Positions 1 to 14,199 of a stretch of 64,000 nucleotides of DNA are shown piece after piece. Source of the DNA: the human T2T-CHM13v2.0 reference genome, Homo sapiens. The translations under genes and the position numbers were made by a program. The DNA lies in the NCBI RefSeq assembly GCF_009914755.1, contig NC_060925.1; one strand, written 5' to 3'. The notes under the pieces were generated by a model. It had not been told where the DNA came from, did not search any database, and saw only the letters and a program-made list of their open reading frames with translations. Each line of letters opens with the position of its first letter. Within the stretch, counting starts at the first letter, position 1.

Positions 1-308
<308 letters not shown>

Positions 309-807
309 TAGGATGCTTTTGATTCTGGGTACCTTTTTGATCCCATGTTTGTTTTGATTCTGTGTTTATGAATACAGATATTTTCATAATTTGTCGTGTT
401 CTTAACAAATTATTTTCATAGTGGTTATTTGCTATTCATGTAAATTAGAATTCATTGTTCATTGTTTGCTACATGTTAATTTTACTAATAACTTTTATAG
501 TTGTATGGTAGTTTTCTCTTTTGCTTTGTGGTATTTATTTCTACCAGGCCCAAATTTCCCAGCTCAAATTCTGCAGATCAAATTTTTGTCAAGGAGATGT
601 GAGTTTTCTGCCACTTTTTAGTTAATGCATTTTATTCTATGTTGTTTTAGCCATTGTTTCATTGTCTTAAATCAGTTTTGTTTTTTATGAATTTGACAGA
701 GATCTAATTTTTTAGATGATTTCTTGGTACAAACAGCATTAGTAGGAAAAGGTGTAGGAACAGGGTTGAAACACTGCACTTCATTGTGGAATACATACTA
801 ATGTATA

Positions 808-978
808 AACATTTGTTGAGCACCTCCTGTTGGTTAGGCTTGGTGAGAGACCCTTTATATACATTGTCTTCTGTATGTTAAGCTCTATTCTGCCAATCAG
901 GAAACTGAGAGTTAGAGAAGTTAAGTCTTCAAGGTCACACAGCTAGAGGTGACAGGGGTGGATCTGAATCCAAGTCCA
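808..978 (-). mobile_element. MIR
   Basis: MIR core gaaactgag...gttaag...caaggtcacacagctag...gatctgaatcc; approximate bounds. Confidence 0.7.
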
Positions 979-1274
979 GCTAATTTTGAAGGTCTTTTTT
1001 TTTTTTTTTTTCTTACAGGATGTTTTTCCTTTGTGTTTGTAAGGCATTCTTCTAGGCACTGCAGAGAATATGAAACATTAATTACTGCTGACTTCCCACC
1101 AGAAGCCTCTTATTTGATGTCACTGTGTAGCTGGTCAGTGACCACTATGGTAGCATTCTTGGCACAAAGCAGGCCCTCAGGAAGTGCTGGTGCCCACCGT
1201 CATTCTCGTGTTAGGTTGGTTGTGGCTGTCACTGTCTTCTTTATAGGCAATAAGAACCTTGGCAATTGCAACCA

Positions 1275-1440
1275 TGGTTTTACTCATGTGATATCATTTG
1301 ATCATCAGAATTACCTGGTCAGTAGCTAGATGGGCATTTTCAGCCCCATTATGTAAATGAAGAAACTGAGGCCCAGATTGGTCAGGTGACTTTCCCAAGA
1401 TCAGCCAGGTCACTACAGAGCTGAGACCTGGCTCTTCTGT
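1275..1440 (-). mobile_element. MIR
   Basis: ccccatt...atgaagaaactgaggcccag...gtgactttcccaagatca. Confidence 0.65.
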
Positions 1441-1661
1441 ACTGGCATCTCAGTTCTCATTTTTAATTAGACTTTTGAGATATCACTTAACTACAAGATT
1501 TATTCTAGACATGCCTCTATGTGTTAAACAAATAAACCAAAAAAATAAAATAAAAAGCAAACCAAACAAAAAGCCCTACCTAGTCCCACAGTGAACTTTG
1601 ATAACTTTTAGGAAAACTGTCTGAAGATAAATATAAGCAAGTTGAGACCGAGAAAACGAGA

Positions 1662-1685
1662 AATTCAGACAGTTCAGATAGTTCA
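1662..1685 (+). promoter_or_regulatory. Candidate DR3 nuclear-receptor element (VDR/PXR-type)
   Basis: AATTCA gac AGTTCA gat AGTTCA; motif only. Confidence 0.3.
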
Positions 1686-2701
1686 GTAGAAAATCTAGCT
1701 AGGACTTTAAATACCATTTTGTTCCATTTCTTTGGTTTCTGTTTGGGACAGCAGTGTGGAGGAGCTGCTTCTTTTCGAAGCAAACCTTTCACCAGCCCTT
1801 TGTCCCAGGACACCAGATTTGGTGCCTAGCCATGATCCAGTGGAAACTGACTTTCCTGTCCCTGCACAGAGACTCTCAGCCAGCCCCTGCCATCAGCCAG
1901 CCTTCTATCATATATACTATGACCTTGTTGAGGAGAGAGGGGCCCATCTGCCTTTTGTTTAAGAAACAGCATTTTTTGTTGTTGTTTACTTTGCAGTCAC
2001 TGTATTTATAAGGCTCAGACAAAACTAAGAGCAATGTTTATTCAAGGTGAAAATTTTATCTTTGCACAAAAGAATGCACTGAGTGAGTCCCTGCATGGAT
2101 TCTGAAGGCGAAAAGGCAATTTATGACTTGTATCTGTTTTTGTCATTATGTATGACTGCTCCATTTTATAGTTGAGCTGATTATCCCCATAATAGCTTTT
2201 CCATGTACCTATAAGCAAGTAATAGGTGAATGCCTTCTCATAAGCATTGGGGTTTTAGTGTATTTAAGTTGGCACAAAACTTCAGGGTAAATGAAATTCA
2301 CTTCAGACAGTGATCTTTCCCTTAGAGAATGTAAGGCTTTCTATTTTCAAAAAGACTTTGATCCTAAATAAGTCACCCGAGGGATTTCTTTTCCAGTCAA
2401 GAGGAGGTACCTTCGAGTTGTTGTACATAGGGAAATGACTCAAATTTTTGGCATCAGAATTTTTGTTTTATTTTCCTCTGATAATTTTGAGTACTAAAAT
2501 CATTCCCTTAGTCTGAGCTCTTTTTGGTTAGAAGCAAATTTTAGATGCTGAATGACTCACCCTAACTTGGGCAACTGTCAACCATCTTGGGGGATCTAAT
2601 AAAAGTGTATTTGTGGGGGCCGGGGTAGAGTGGTGTCATGAGAACTGCAAGTGACCAAAATTCACAGGCAGTCCCCATGTACCTCACTGAGCAGCCTCAC
2701 G

Positions 2702-2762
2702 CATGAAGGAGCCAGGTGAGCAGAGTTTGCTCATGAAGGAGCCAGGTGAGCAGGGTTTAGCT
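2702..2762. repeat. 30-bp tandem duplication
   Basis: catgaaggagccaggtgagcagagtttgct followed by catgaaggagccaggtgagcagggtttagct. Confidence 0.9.
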
Positions 2763-3421
2763 TTCCCCCTTTTCCACCCTAATCAGGTAGCTCAGTAGCC
2801 AGAAGTGACAGAGCAGGGAATGAGTGATGCCACTATTGATGTCCTGTTTTTGAAACAGAAAGAAAAAGTTCAGAACTTCTTCATTTCCTAATGGTAGTTC
2901 AGTTAAGAACAAGCTTCTTCAGATTTCTTTTTTTTTAAGGCCTGAACATGTCATATTTGAGAGGAATTAACTTGATCTTCCAAAACTGGAGCCTGTGTGG
3001 TAGAAAAGTATATTCAGTTGCTAAGTTGAAAAGACAGAAAATATTTGTGTCCCCCAAAAGTAGTGGTTTTCTACCCTAGTGTAAACATGGTTTATAAAGG
3101 AATCATGTGTTCAAGCTTTCTTAGGTTGGCTGGTGACCCTTGGCATTGTGGTCATGCATCCCTTTTCTGTGATTCAGTATTCTTCACATCAGTCTTTGGC
3201 CTTTCTTGAAAAATTGTGACAAACTTTAAGTGAGATAAAATTTTCAAGACACTCACTCTGTTTGGAAGGTTCTTTCTAATTTTTTTTTTAAATTTCTTTC
3301 TACCTTATAATTGTTCTTTCTAAAAGTCTGTCTCCATCTTGAAGAAAAGCTGAATCAAAGTTTATTCTTAGGAGAAAGAGGGAATGTCTTGGTCAATATG
3401 ACGGTTAAAAATCAGAAAGCA

Positions 3422-3725
<304 letters not shown>

Positions 3726-3831
3726 TCAGCGATGTGAAGAGTGTAGCCATCATTTATTAACTCCTACATGTCGAATATGGGCCTAGGATCTTTCCCTATG
3801 CTCTCTCATGTAACTTTCACATATACCCAAT

Positions 3832-3882
3832 AGGAAGGAAGGAAGGAAGGGAGGAAGAGAGGGAGGGAGGGAGGGAAGGAGG
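3832..3882. repeat. (GGAA)n/(GGGA)n purine microsatellite
   Basis: aggaaggaaggaaggaagggaggaagagagggagggaggg... Confidence 0.85.
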
Positions 3883-4873
3883 ATTAAGCCCATTTTACAG
3901 ATGAGAAAAATTAGACTCAGACTCTTCAGGAACCTTGATTGAAATTTAATAATGACTCATTGGAGCTAGAAGTTTTCAAAAAAAATTAATTTGGGAGGCA
4001 GCCTCTATTTTTCCTCCACACAATGCAACTTCTCAGGTATAATCTTTTACCAAACTCAAAAGGTTGTAGAAGCAAAACCATGAGCCGTTGGAAACAACAT
4101 TACTTAAAAGTAAAGCTCAAGCAGTCTTCCATTCATTCCCAACTTTAACACCTCTGTGTTGGGCCTTGGAATTTTCCAACTGTAATTTCTAAGTTTTCCG
4201 AATTAATCTTTACTATCTGGAAATCTCTAATCTAGTGTAAAAGGGTTGAAATGAGAGAAGAGGATTGGGAGATTTTTCTTCATTCAAATAGAAAATGTAT
4301 GACTCAAAAGCATTTGAGTAAGCTGACGAAGCTGATGTTCCTGTTCCAAGATTTATTCAAATTTAAATCATGTGGGATGTGCAGTCCCCAGGCCTTTCCT
4401 CCCGCCTGGCCCGGGAAGCAGAGCAGAGCTTTGGACCACTTTGGTATGAGCTGACAGTGAGCTTCAGATCACTTTCCTGATGACTGTCTGCCTCTAAATG
4501 CTATGTGTTAAGTTGTAATTTCTTTAAGCCATTTCCTGAACTTCACTCCTTTAAGCATTTCTAAACAACTAGGATATCATTTTAAAATAATAGTGTTTAA
4601 TTTTCAGGGCAGAGTACCCAGAATTAGGGAGAGTTGTGCATTCCCACTAACAGTTACAGGCAGAAAATAAACTCATTGTCCCCAGTAGTCCTTTTCTTTC
4701 CTTACCCTTTTCCCCTTAGTTTGTCCTATAGCTTTTCAAATTTTGTAGATTTTTTGTCTCTCAGTTCTGCTAACAGATTGGCTTTCAGATGCTTAGTGAC
4801 ACCATTGCTTGAATTAAGAAGCCAGAGGGAGAATGTTGGGGAGAGTGTGTTATTCCTGAGAGTTTTAAATTTA

Positions 4874-5186
<313 letters not shown>

Positions 5187-5386
5187 TTTAGTTCTGTTGA
5201 ACTGAACTATGGTTTGCTTCTTGGAGGAATGGAACAATATGATTTAGAGTTTCATCATTCCTTATTGGAAGAATAATAATACCACTTTATATTTGTCTCG
5301 ATTTTTAGTTGTTGGTAAAGCATTTAGATATCTTTGATCCTTTCTATAAGCCTAAAACTAGGTAAATGGTATTATTATTGTCATTA

Positions 5387-5388
<2 letters not shown>

Positions 5389-5427
<39 letters not shown>
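5389..5427. repeat. (ATT)n microsatellite inside a MIR relic
   Basis: About 13 pure ATT units; followed by MIR-like ccattttatggatgaagaaacggagacc. Confidence 0.9.
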
Positions 5428-5428
<1 letters not shown>

Positions 5429-5567
5429 TCCTGTTACCATTTTATGGATGAAGAAACGGAGACCCAGTGGAAGTAAATAATTTTGCTCAAGATGGCCAAA
5501 CAAAAAGTGGTAGAGCTTTTGCACTTCTTCCTAGCTCCCCTGACTCCTGGAACATTGCTGGACAGCA

Positions 5568-5908
5568 CAGTCAGCCCTCCATATCTGTGGGTTCTGTATT
5601 CATTAATTTAACCAACCACAGATCAAAACCGAAAAAAAAAAGGATAGTTGTGTCTGTACTGAACATGTACATGTTTTCTTCCTTGTCATTATTCCCTAAA
5701 GCATACAGGATAACAGCTATTTACATAGCATTTACATGGTAAAGTAATGTGTTATAAGTAATCTAGTGATGATTTATATACAGGAAGATGTGTGTAGGTT
5801 GTATACAAATACCACACTATTTTATATCAGGGACTTCAGCGTCTGTGGATGGATGGTGTCTTCTGCATGTCCAGGAACCAGTTCCCAATGGATACTGAGG
5901 GACAGCTG
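5568..5908 (-). mobile_element. MER2 (TcMar-Tigger) DNA transposon
   Basis: Terminal inverted repeats cagtcagccctccatatctgtg ... atggatactgagggacagctg followed by TA; internal gtctgtactgaacatgtac and ttataagtaatctag motifs. Confidence 0.85.
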
Positions 5909-7435
5909 TACTTCTTAACCTGATACTGCAGGTTAAGATTCACAACATCGTCTCCATATTATAGTTGGGTTTTCCAATGCCAGTGTTGTCTGTGAGCCTT
6001 GTTAGCCTCTCCTTCCCTGCAGAATGAGTTTCAGAGAACAGAGGTGGAGAAAAATGTATCTTTCCCTCTTAGAGGCTTGTTGCACTGTTCATTAACCATG
6101 CTGCTATTTTTATGAGGCATTTCAGAGTCATATATCTGAGAGTTCACAAAGAAACAATGTATGACAAGAATAATTCTTGTAGCAGTTTTTGTGAGGCGGA
6201 GGATGGTAGGGAGAAAATTTAAGCTTATGTCAGGACATTACATTAAGTAATTTCTACAGTGTTGGGGATGAGGGAGAATCCCCCCTAAGAGGAAAAGGAA
6301 GGTACTTCTAGAAGCGGGTGAGAGTCTGGCTTTTCCTTGGCTTTCCTCATAGCCACATGATGGCATGTCCTGCCTGACTTGGAAGGGAGGCCTCAGCGTG
6401 TCCTGAAGTAGTGATGTGGAGGCGCAGTTGGTCCCTGGATACAGGCACAGGCATATCACACTCACCTCCAGCAGGCAAGGGGGAATTACAGCTTCGCTTT
6501 TCCTTTTCTATTACACACCAGTGGGGAAGCCCTCCAGTGCCATTCCTAAGAACAAGGACATTTTCTAGTTAGGCACATAAGGATGATCAAGATAAGCTCA
6601 AAAACTAGGAGCCACATTGGAGAAGTCAGGTTTAAAGTGTGCAGAGAACATGACAGAGAGTGGACTGTGCGCCATTTGTCCAGTCATGCTTGTGCTGTCC
6701 TCCCCTTGCGCTTGTACTCAGTCTTGCCTCTGATTGGGGTGCCCTTCTCTGTTTCTGGCCAGAGGCTCCAAGTCTGTAAGGCCCAGTCCACTTGCCATGT
6801 TAAGAATGTGATCTCTCCCCACTGTGAGTTCCCATGGCCCCGTGTGCTTCCATTACAGCAGGCACCAGATTTTACCTTGAATTGTAACCATTTGTGCACA
6901 CATCTCTGATATCCGTCAACATTTCTCACATCACCAATTAGGTGCTGGGCGCTGTGAAAGAATGTTAGAAAGGAAGACTTAGAAAATGTTTTCTTCTTTT
7001 TGTGAGGATGTGGAACAGGTAAGGCAGAGAAGGAGTAAGTAATGATAATCCAGAGGAAATAAGTATTGCAGTGGGGTCTGTGCAAACTGCACAGTTCCAT
7101 GAGAGAAGTGCTGTGGGGCCAGGGGTAAGAACACTTGATTGTGTTCCTCAAGGATGAGATTGGCTGGAGACAAAAGATGGAATGCAACGGTCTGTATTTA
7201 TTTGCATCCCAGAGTAGACCCTGTGGAGGGGGGCCAGGATTTTATCTGACAACTTTTTTTTTTTTTTGCCAGTCTCCCCTCTAGCCATAAATAGTTATTG
7301 TAAGGAAAATTAAAGTGATCCAGGTTGTATCCATGTGGGCTGTCTTTTATCTGGCATAGCATTTTTCACATGCTGTACATTCAATGAATGTGTTATTGTC
7401 TAGCTATTTTCTTTTTTTATGGAAACAAACAAACC

Positions 7436-7736
<301 letters not shown>

Positions 7737-8599
7737 CATACAAACTTTTTAAAAGTTTATTTACAAGTTTCCCCCCAAACATATCTGTAAGCTGGTGAAT
7801 AGCCAAAATCGTACTATAGCAATACAGACAGGAAAAGGACATTGACTTTTAGGATCCTATTTCTTCTCCTCCCTTCCCCATGCCTCAGGTCTAGCACAGC
7901 ACTGGGGCACAGCAAGCGCTTAGCAGATACTGACCTGGCTCTCATGAAGCCAGGTGGGCACTATTGATTGGACCCAGGCTTCGCTTAAGGTAGCAGGAAG
8001 CTGGTTTAGAGGAAGGAGAAGAAAACCTAGTCCCTTTTAATCTAATGAATTAAAATAATATTTATGGGAAATATTTGCTTTATTCCAGGAAAATGTTTGA
8101 AGTAAACATTTCCTGCAAGCTGTTGAATTTATATAATAAAACATTGGTTTGGAAACCTTAATTGTTTTCACTGAAGTGAAAATTAAGCAGAACATGCTTC
8201 CCAAACAGCCCCTTGTCTCAGTTTTGTTGCCATTGTAATGTTCAAAGCAGGATATTGTGGCCATTGAGGTAATTTTCTCTTTATTGGTAACTTGGAAATG
8301 AGCAAGGATCATGCCAAAGTTAGTTATAAAAGAGGAGGCACTCATGGCTCCTTGTAGTTTTATAGCAATTCAACCTTTGTAGCGTCCTCCTGTTACTATT
8401 TGATCTTCACAAACTTATGCATTAAAGAGTCAAGTTTATCCCCATTTGACGGATAAAGAAATTGAGTCACAGTGAAGGTAATTAACTTCTGGAGGGTCAA
8501 ACAGGGAGTTTGTGGAAGAGGACCAGGCTCTTTACAGCCCCAAGCTCTTTTCAAAGACCATACTGCTGCTCTAGAAAGCACTCTTTCCTCCTTCAGGAA

Positions 8600-8810
8600 T
8601 TAAAGCACTTTCACGTCTGTGAGATAATTTAACCTTGCAACATCCCAGTGGGGCCAGCAGGTTAGGTATGATTATCATTTCCCTTCCAGTGATGGGAAAT
8701 TAAGTTACACAGGTTAAATGGTTTTGCCAAGACCGTGCAGTCAGTGTTGGAACCAGGGGATGGTGCCCAGGCTTCACAAACACTGAGCCCACTCTTTTCC
8801 TACCACACTA
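8600..8810 (-). mobile_element. MIR
   Basis: Degenerate MIR core (gatgggaaattaagttacacaggttaaatgg...ccaagaccgtgcag). Confidence 0.55.
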
Positions 8811-10256
8811 AGCCTTCTCAGAGGAGAGCCAGAGGAGCTTCTGATGCCTTGAAGACAGCTGTGAAACATCTTGCTTCCAAGAGGGCCTTGCTTTCCTAGC
8901 ACCCACGCCAGATTGTGTGAATGCTTGGTTCTATAGTCTCAGCGGGTCATGCAAATCTCCAGTCCTACGATCACTAAGAAACAAAGCAAAAGGGGGCAAA
9001 GCCAGATAGATTTTACCAGCCTGTTTGGATTTTGTGTCCAGTAGAATTAGCAAGTGAAAGTTGTAGGATTGCTACAGAAGAGTTGCTTAGAAATCAATTA
9101 ACGTGACAAACTGAGGTGCCTCAACAAATAAATTATATGGAGAGATAAAAGTTGTTAGGACTAAACACAGGAAGAATTTGCCACTTGTTTCTCTGTAAAA
9201 GGTAAAAACATAACAGTGAACTGTGTCTAACTTATGTTAAAAAATTGAATTTGGTGAGAAGCCTAGTTTTAATAATATTTCATATGATAATTTAAACTCT
9301 CTAACTTTTGCCTATTTAACCCCATCTTGTATTCTTCCTAAGAGATGTGTCAACACTAAAACTTTTCTTAGTTATTCCAGCTGAATATGGCAAAGCTACA
9401 ATAGCTTTTCCCAGATGCAGACTCTTAACACAATCGCTGATATTCAGTAGAAACTCTTTGGATAGCAGATTTGGGAAAGAACCTTAAGGCCAGCCTTTAG
9501 CCCTCTCAAATTATAGGTAGAGAAACTGAGACCCTGTAAGGTTCTCAAAGCTAATTAGTCACAGGGCTAGCCCTCAAACCCAGGCTTTCTGGCTACAGAT
9601 CTAGTATGATTGTTGAGACTGGGCCGGCAGCTTGTGGGCACCTGCTTGGTAGGAGTGAGGGGGAGAAAAGTAGTAGGGTGTAAGCCTTGCCTACTGTATA
9701 TCTTCTCAGCGTTCTTTATTTTTTATCCATTTGTGTGTCTGTCTCCCATACTATACTGAGTTCCATGAGTACAAGGGACTAAGTCATACTCGTCTTGGTA
9801 TCTTTAACCCTAAGCACTTAGCCTGTGATCTAGGAAGCCCTCAAGGGTTTGTTGCACTGAACCAGTCTGTTCTGTGTCAAGGTCAACTTACCGGAAGGGG
9901 CTGCAGGTAGTACAGCTCCTTAAAGCACCTTCTATTACTAGTCCTTCAGCAGAATCTTACCCAGTGAGTAAACCCATGCAAAACTTTTGCATCTCTCCTG
10001 AAAGCAGAACAAGACCTGCCCCCATGAAAAGAAAGAAATAGGGAATCCCTTTATAATTAGATTTAGTGGGCAGTGGTGAGATGTAGTAGAGATGAAACTT
10101 TAATAGACACATAGTCTTTGGGTGATGCCAAAATTAATCTAACTTTGTGGGTTAAAATGAATTTTAAAATTTTTCTAAATGTTCATATGTTTTTCTCTGT
10201 ATGTTGTTAGAATTGTCATCGGGTTCTTTCTAAAGGCTGTGTGAAAGAAAAGAGCA

Positions 10257-10554
10257 AGCCAGGTGCGGTGGCTTACACCTGTAATCCCAGCACTTTGGGA
10301 GGCTGAGGCGGGCGGATAACCTGAGGTCGGGAGTTCGAGATTAGCCTGACTAACTTGGAGAAACCCCATCTCTACTAAAAATACAAAATTAGATGGGCAT
10401 GGTGGTGCATGCCTGTAATTCCAGCTACTTGGAAGGCTGAGGCAGGAGAGTCGCTTGAACCTGGGGAGGCGGAGGTTGCTGTGAGCCTAGATTGTGCCAT
10501 TGCACTCCGGCCTGGGCAACAAGAGCAAAACTCCGTCTCAAAAAAAAAAAAAAA
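10257..10554 (+). mobile_element. Alu (AluSp/Sq-like)
   Basis: Full dimer, poly(A), TSD aaagaaaagagc. Confidence 0.95.
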
Positions 10555-10754
10555 GAAAAGAGCGAAAACATCTTTAGTACTGGTTCTTGCCCTAGGACAG
10601 AAGTGGCTGTTTGCTGTACCTCTCAGTGGACACTGAAAATGTGGATGTGTCCAGTTGCCTGCTGTCCAGCAACCCTGGAAGAACTTGTGATGGCTTTGTC
10701 TTCGTTATGAGAACACTTTGATCTGAACCCCTTTCCTTTTCTGAATCCTTTCCC

Positions 10755-11038
10755 TTTTTTTTTTTTTTTTAAGACAGTCTCACTGGCTGAAGTGCAATGG
10801 CACCATCTTGTCTCACTGCAACCTCTGCTTCTTGGGTTCAGGCAATCCTCCCAACCCGGCCTCCTGAGTAGCTGGGACTACGGGAGCACACCACCACACC
10901 TGGCTAAATTTTTTTTTCTCGTAGAGATGGGGTTTCTCTATGTTGCTCAGGCTGGTCTCTAACTCCTGGGCTGAAGTGATCCTCCTGCCTCAGCCTCCCA
11001 AAGTGCTGGGATTACAGGCATGAGCCACTGTGCCTGGC
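10755..11038 (-). mobile_element. Alu (AluJ-like)
   Basis: Poly(T) and a diverged reverse-complement dimer. Confidence 0.93.
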
Positions 11039-11713
11039 GTCTGAGTCCTCCTTCTAAAGGGAACCCACTGCACAGCATCTGGCTGCTGCCAACAAAATGA
11101 CTGCCCCACCAGTCCCACAGGTGATGAGAGTTTGCAATGGCCTTCACAGCTTAGTACCTTAGTACCTTTTCTCTCCTGGTAACTTAGAATGGAAGCCCCA
11201 TGGGGGCCCACGCATATCTGCGAGGGTGCACAGGCATGTGGCAGAATGAGCCAGGGGCCACCCTCTTGTTCTGGAGGTGCTGAGAGCCGGCCTGGCTGGG
11301 GGCTGTAACTGTCAGGCTGACTCCCAGCCACACTGTCCTCCCTGGAGTAGGTGCTCGAAACCTTTGCTTTTTGCCTTTTCGCTTTAATCTGGAACGCTTG
11401 GGGAAAAAAAAAAAACAAAAAAACAAAAAAACAACAACAAAACAGTAGACCAAATGGTGACTGAGTCCCAACCCTTCTTCAGGCCAGATGAAATCATGGT
11501 CCCTGCTGGCGCCATTCCTCCATCTCAGAGCCCTCACTTGGGTTCAGACCCTCAGTCACACAGGGAGCCCCGCCACAGCTGAAGTGTTTTGTCAGAGCAA
11601 GATTGCAAAGAGTTAACACTTTTGCTTTTTCGGAAAGTTATCTGTGAAGAGTATTAGTTGTTTAATAAAGCGTGCCTGCCCTCCCGATGAACCCGCCAGT
11701 GACTCTGCAGCTG

Positions 11714-11730
11714 GGGTCATTCCAAGTTCA
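11714..11730 (+). promoter_or_regulatory. Perfect DR5 retinoic acid response element (candidate)
   Basis: GGGTCA ttcca AGTTCA matches RGKTCA-N5-RGKTCA, in non-repetitive sequence that retains CpGs. Confidence 0.6.
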
Positions 11731-12062
11731 CGCAGTGGACTTTTGACTGCCTTCTGTGTCTGTGAAAACAGTCGGCAGCTCCTGCGGGGATCATTCATTC
11801 AGGCCTGTAACACAAAACTATTGCCAATGGGCACCTGCTGGGGCAGCTTCCCGGGAGGGCTGGGAGGAAGATACCAAACTCATCAGGCATCTGTGGAGAT
11901 AAGAGCGGCAGGGGATCCACTGGGATCCCGCTAATCAGGCCTGCACTTAGACCCCACTGCCTGGCCAACAGGCTGGTGTCAGAATGTATTAGGCAGCCCT
12001 GGCCAGGATAGGATGTGAGCTAATTAAAGGCCTTTTACAAAGAGGAGGAGGTAGGGGGTGGG

Positions 12063-12132
12063 GAGAGAGAGAGAGTGAGAGAGAGAGAGAGAGAGTGTGT
12101 GTGTGTGTGTGTGTGGAGGAGGAGGAGGAGGA
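12063..12132. repeat. Compound microsatellite (GA)n(GT)n(GGA)n
   Basis: Directly visible. Confidence 0.95.
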
Positions 12133-13357
12133 AAGAAGTTTGAAGTGCATTCCCCAAATTTCCAGCACATTCTTTATTCCTCTGTTTTATCCCTCAAAAC
12201 AGAAGAAAACAAATTAGAGGCTGAGCATTTGGTTATTTCTAACCTGAAATTGTCATTCATTGTGCCTGATGCCGTATTGGTTTTAACTGCTATTTTTGTG
12301 GAATTACATATACTGTGAAAGACATCTTTTGCCGCAGTCTCCCTGGGAACATCCTGTTGTTGAAATGCCGTTGGTCAGCTGCTTGAATTTTGCCCTTTTC
12401 TCTGACTTTGACACATCAAGGCAAAAATAGGTACCTATTTGTGGTGTGTTCTAGGTTTCTCCCTTTTGCTTGGAAAATCCACTTGCCAGCTGTGAAGGGT
12501 GCTGCTGGGAGGATGAAATGAGTCAGTGCACAGCGTGTGCTCTTAAAGTTTGGTGGTTGAGGTGGCGGTGGTAGCAGCTTGGCTCTGTGGTTTAAAATGC
12601 CACAGCATGCACTATCTTGAAAATACTCAGTAGTCCTAGCATACAACTGGGTTTTAGTTACACCTACTTAAGGAAGAAAGCTCATTTGAAAGTGTTTGAT
12701 TTTCCTGTACTTTCGTTTGTTTATTTAGCCTGTGTATTCCCCCCACCCCCAGTAAGCAGCAAACTAACTTATTTATAGGCCTCAGGTATGTTTAAATCTG
12801 TGGTATTTTCTTAATCAGCCTGATAATGATACATTTTTGAAAGCAGTTTTGTTCACACATAAACCTAAGCCTTTATTATATTATTCTGATACATTCCACA
12901 TAAGCTTGTCTGTGCACAAAGAAACATTTAGATTAATCTTGTACTACATGGTAACAATCCTAGGAAATTCCAATCAAAAGCCAACAACCTGTTTCCTTCA
13001 TTCTGGACTGTTGGTGGGTTTGTTTTTGTCTGTGGTCTGATAAGGAGTAACAACAATGTTAATTTTGTATTTCCTTGGCATTTGTCTCACATAATCTTTT
13101 GTCAAAGTTGACCAGTAGGCTTGTCAGGCTTGCCATGCAGTTTATGAAATAAATAGTTACAATGGAGTAGTTAACTTAGCCCTGCGGAATATGTTAGTGT
13201 ATCCTTACCGTAAGTGTTTAAAATGTTAATTACATTTATCTTTATTTCTCAGCATTGCTATACAGAAAACATGGGATAGACACTGATACTGATTGCCCAG
13301 TTGAAATAAGTTTTGAATTTAGTAACTGAATGGATAGCTTTAAAAATGGTACTAATA

Positions 13358-13622
13358 TTTTGGGAGACTGAGGTGAGCAGATTGCTTGAACTCAGGAGTT
13401 CGAGACCAGCCTGGGCAACATGACCAAAAAAAAAAAAAGTCTAAAAAATACAAAAATTAGCTGGGCGTGGTGGCACCCGCCTGTAGTCACACCTACATGG
13501 GAGGCTGAGGTGGGAGGATCATCCGAGCCTAGGAAGTTGAGGCTGCAGTGAGCTGTGTTTGCACCATCACATTCCAGCCTGGGTGACAGAGCAGGACCCT
13601 GTCTGAACAACAACAACAAAAA
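13358..13622 (+). mobile_element. Alu (AluJ-like), 5' truncated, (CAA)n tail
   Basis: Starts at tttgggagactgagg; right arm complete. Confidence 0.9.
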
Positions 13623-13629
13623 GATACTC

Positions 13630-13835
13630 ATATTTATTGACTGCTTCACTATGTGCCAGGTACTGTTCTGAGTCTTCATACAAATTGATTTGTTTAATCC
13701 TCATAACGACCCTGTGGAATGCTAGTTTGTAAATGAGGATACTGACGTTCAGAGAAATTAACTAATTTGCCCAAGGTTACAAGGAGAGCCAGGCTAAGAA
13801 CCGAGATTCTCTGATTCAGAGCCCGTCCTCTTAAT
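13630..13835 (-). mobile_element. MIR
   Basis: atttattga...tatgtgccaggtactgttctgag...ttgcccaaggttac...ctctgattcagagccc. Confidence 0.75.
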
Positions 13836-14199
13836 ACCAGTGCAAAAGCAGCACTCTATCTAGTAGGCTTCATTCTCGAACCTCTCTGCGATATATTTGC
13901 AGGGATTAACCATGTAAGGCTGTATTATCAAGGGGATACAGAGAATTTGAGTCACAGTTTAAAGTCATTTCCTGTGCTACCCTGTGTTGTATAATTAGCT
14001 CTTTTGTAGATGCTGTACCATCCAGGCCAAAGTGTGTGGCCGAAACCAGGAAATTGTTCTAACCCTGTCTGAGACACTTAGTGAAGGAGTTTTGACTTTG
14101 CTCTAACTCTACACATCGAGCTGACTATAGATTTATGTGCAAAAAGCATAACCTCATGTTAACAGGTCTATTTATTGTGTCTCTAGAGCAAGTTCACAA

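Noticed and set aside
1132-1144. IR1 palindrome TGGTCA g TGACCA (FXR-like)
   Set aside because: Both half-sites are non-consensus at position 1; single short motif with no supporting context.
10990-11418. 142-aa minus-strand ORF
   Set aside because: Begins in an A/T microsatellite and ends in an Alu; no recognisable domain.
11403-11443. Orphan A-rich tracts (also 54033-54060) as possible retro-insertion tails
   Set aside because: No flanking target-site duplication found, unlike 41166-41249.
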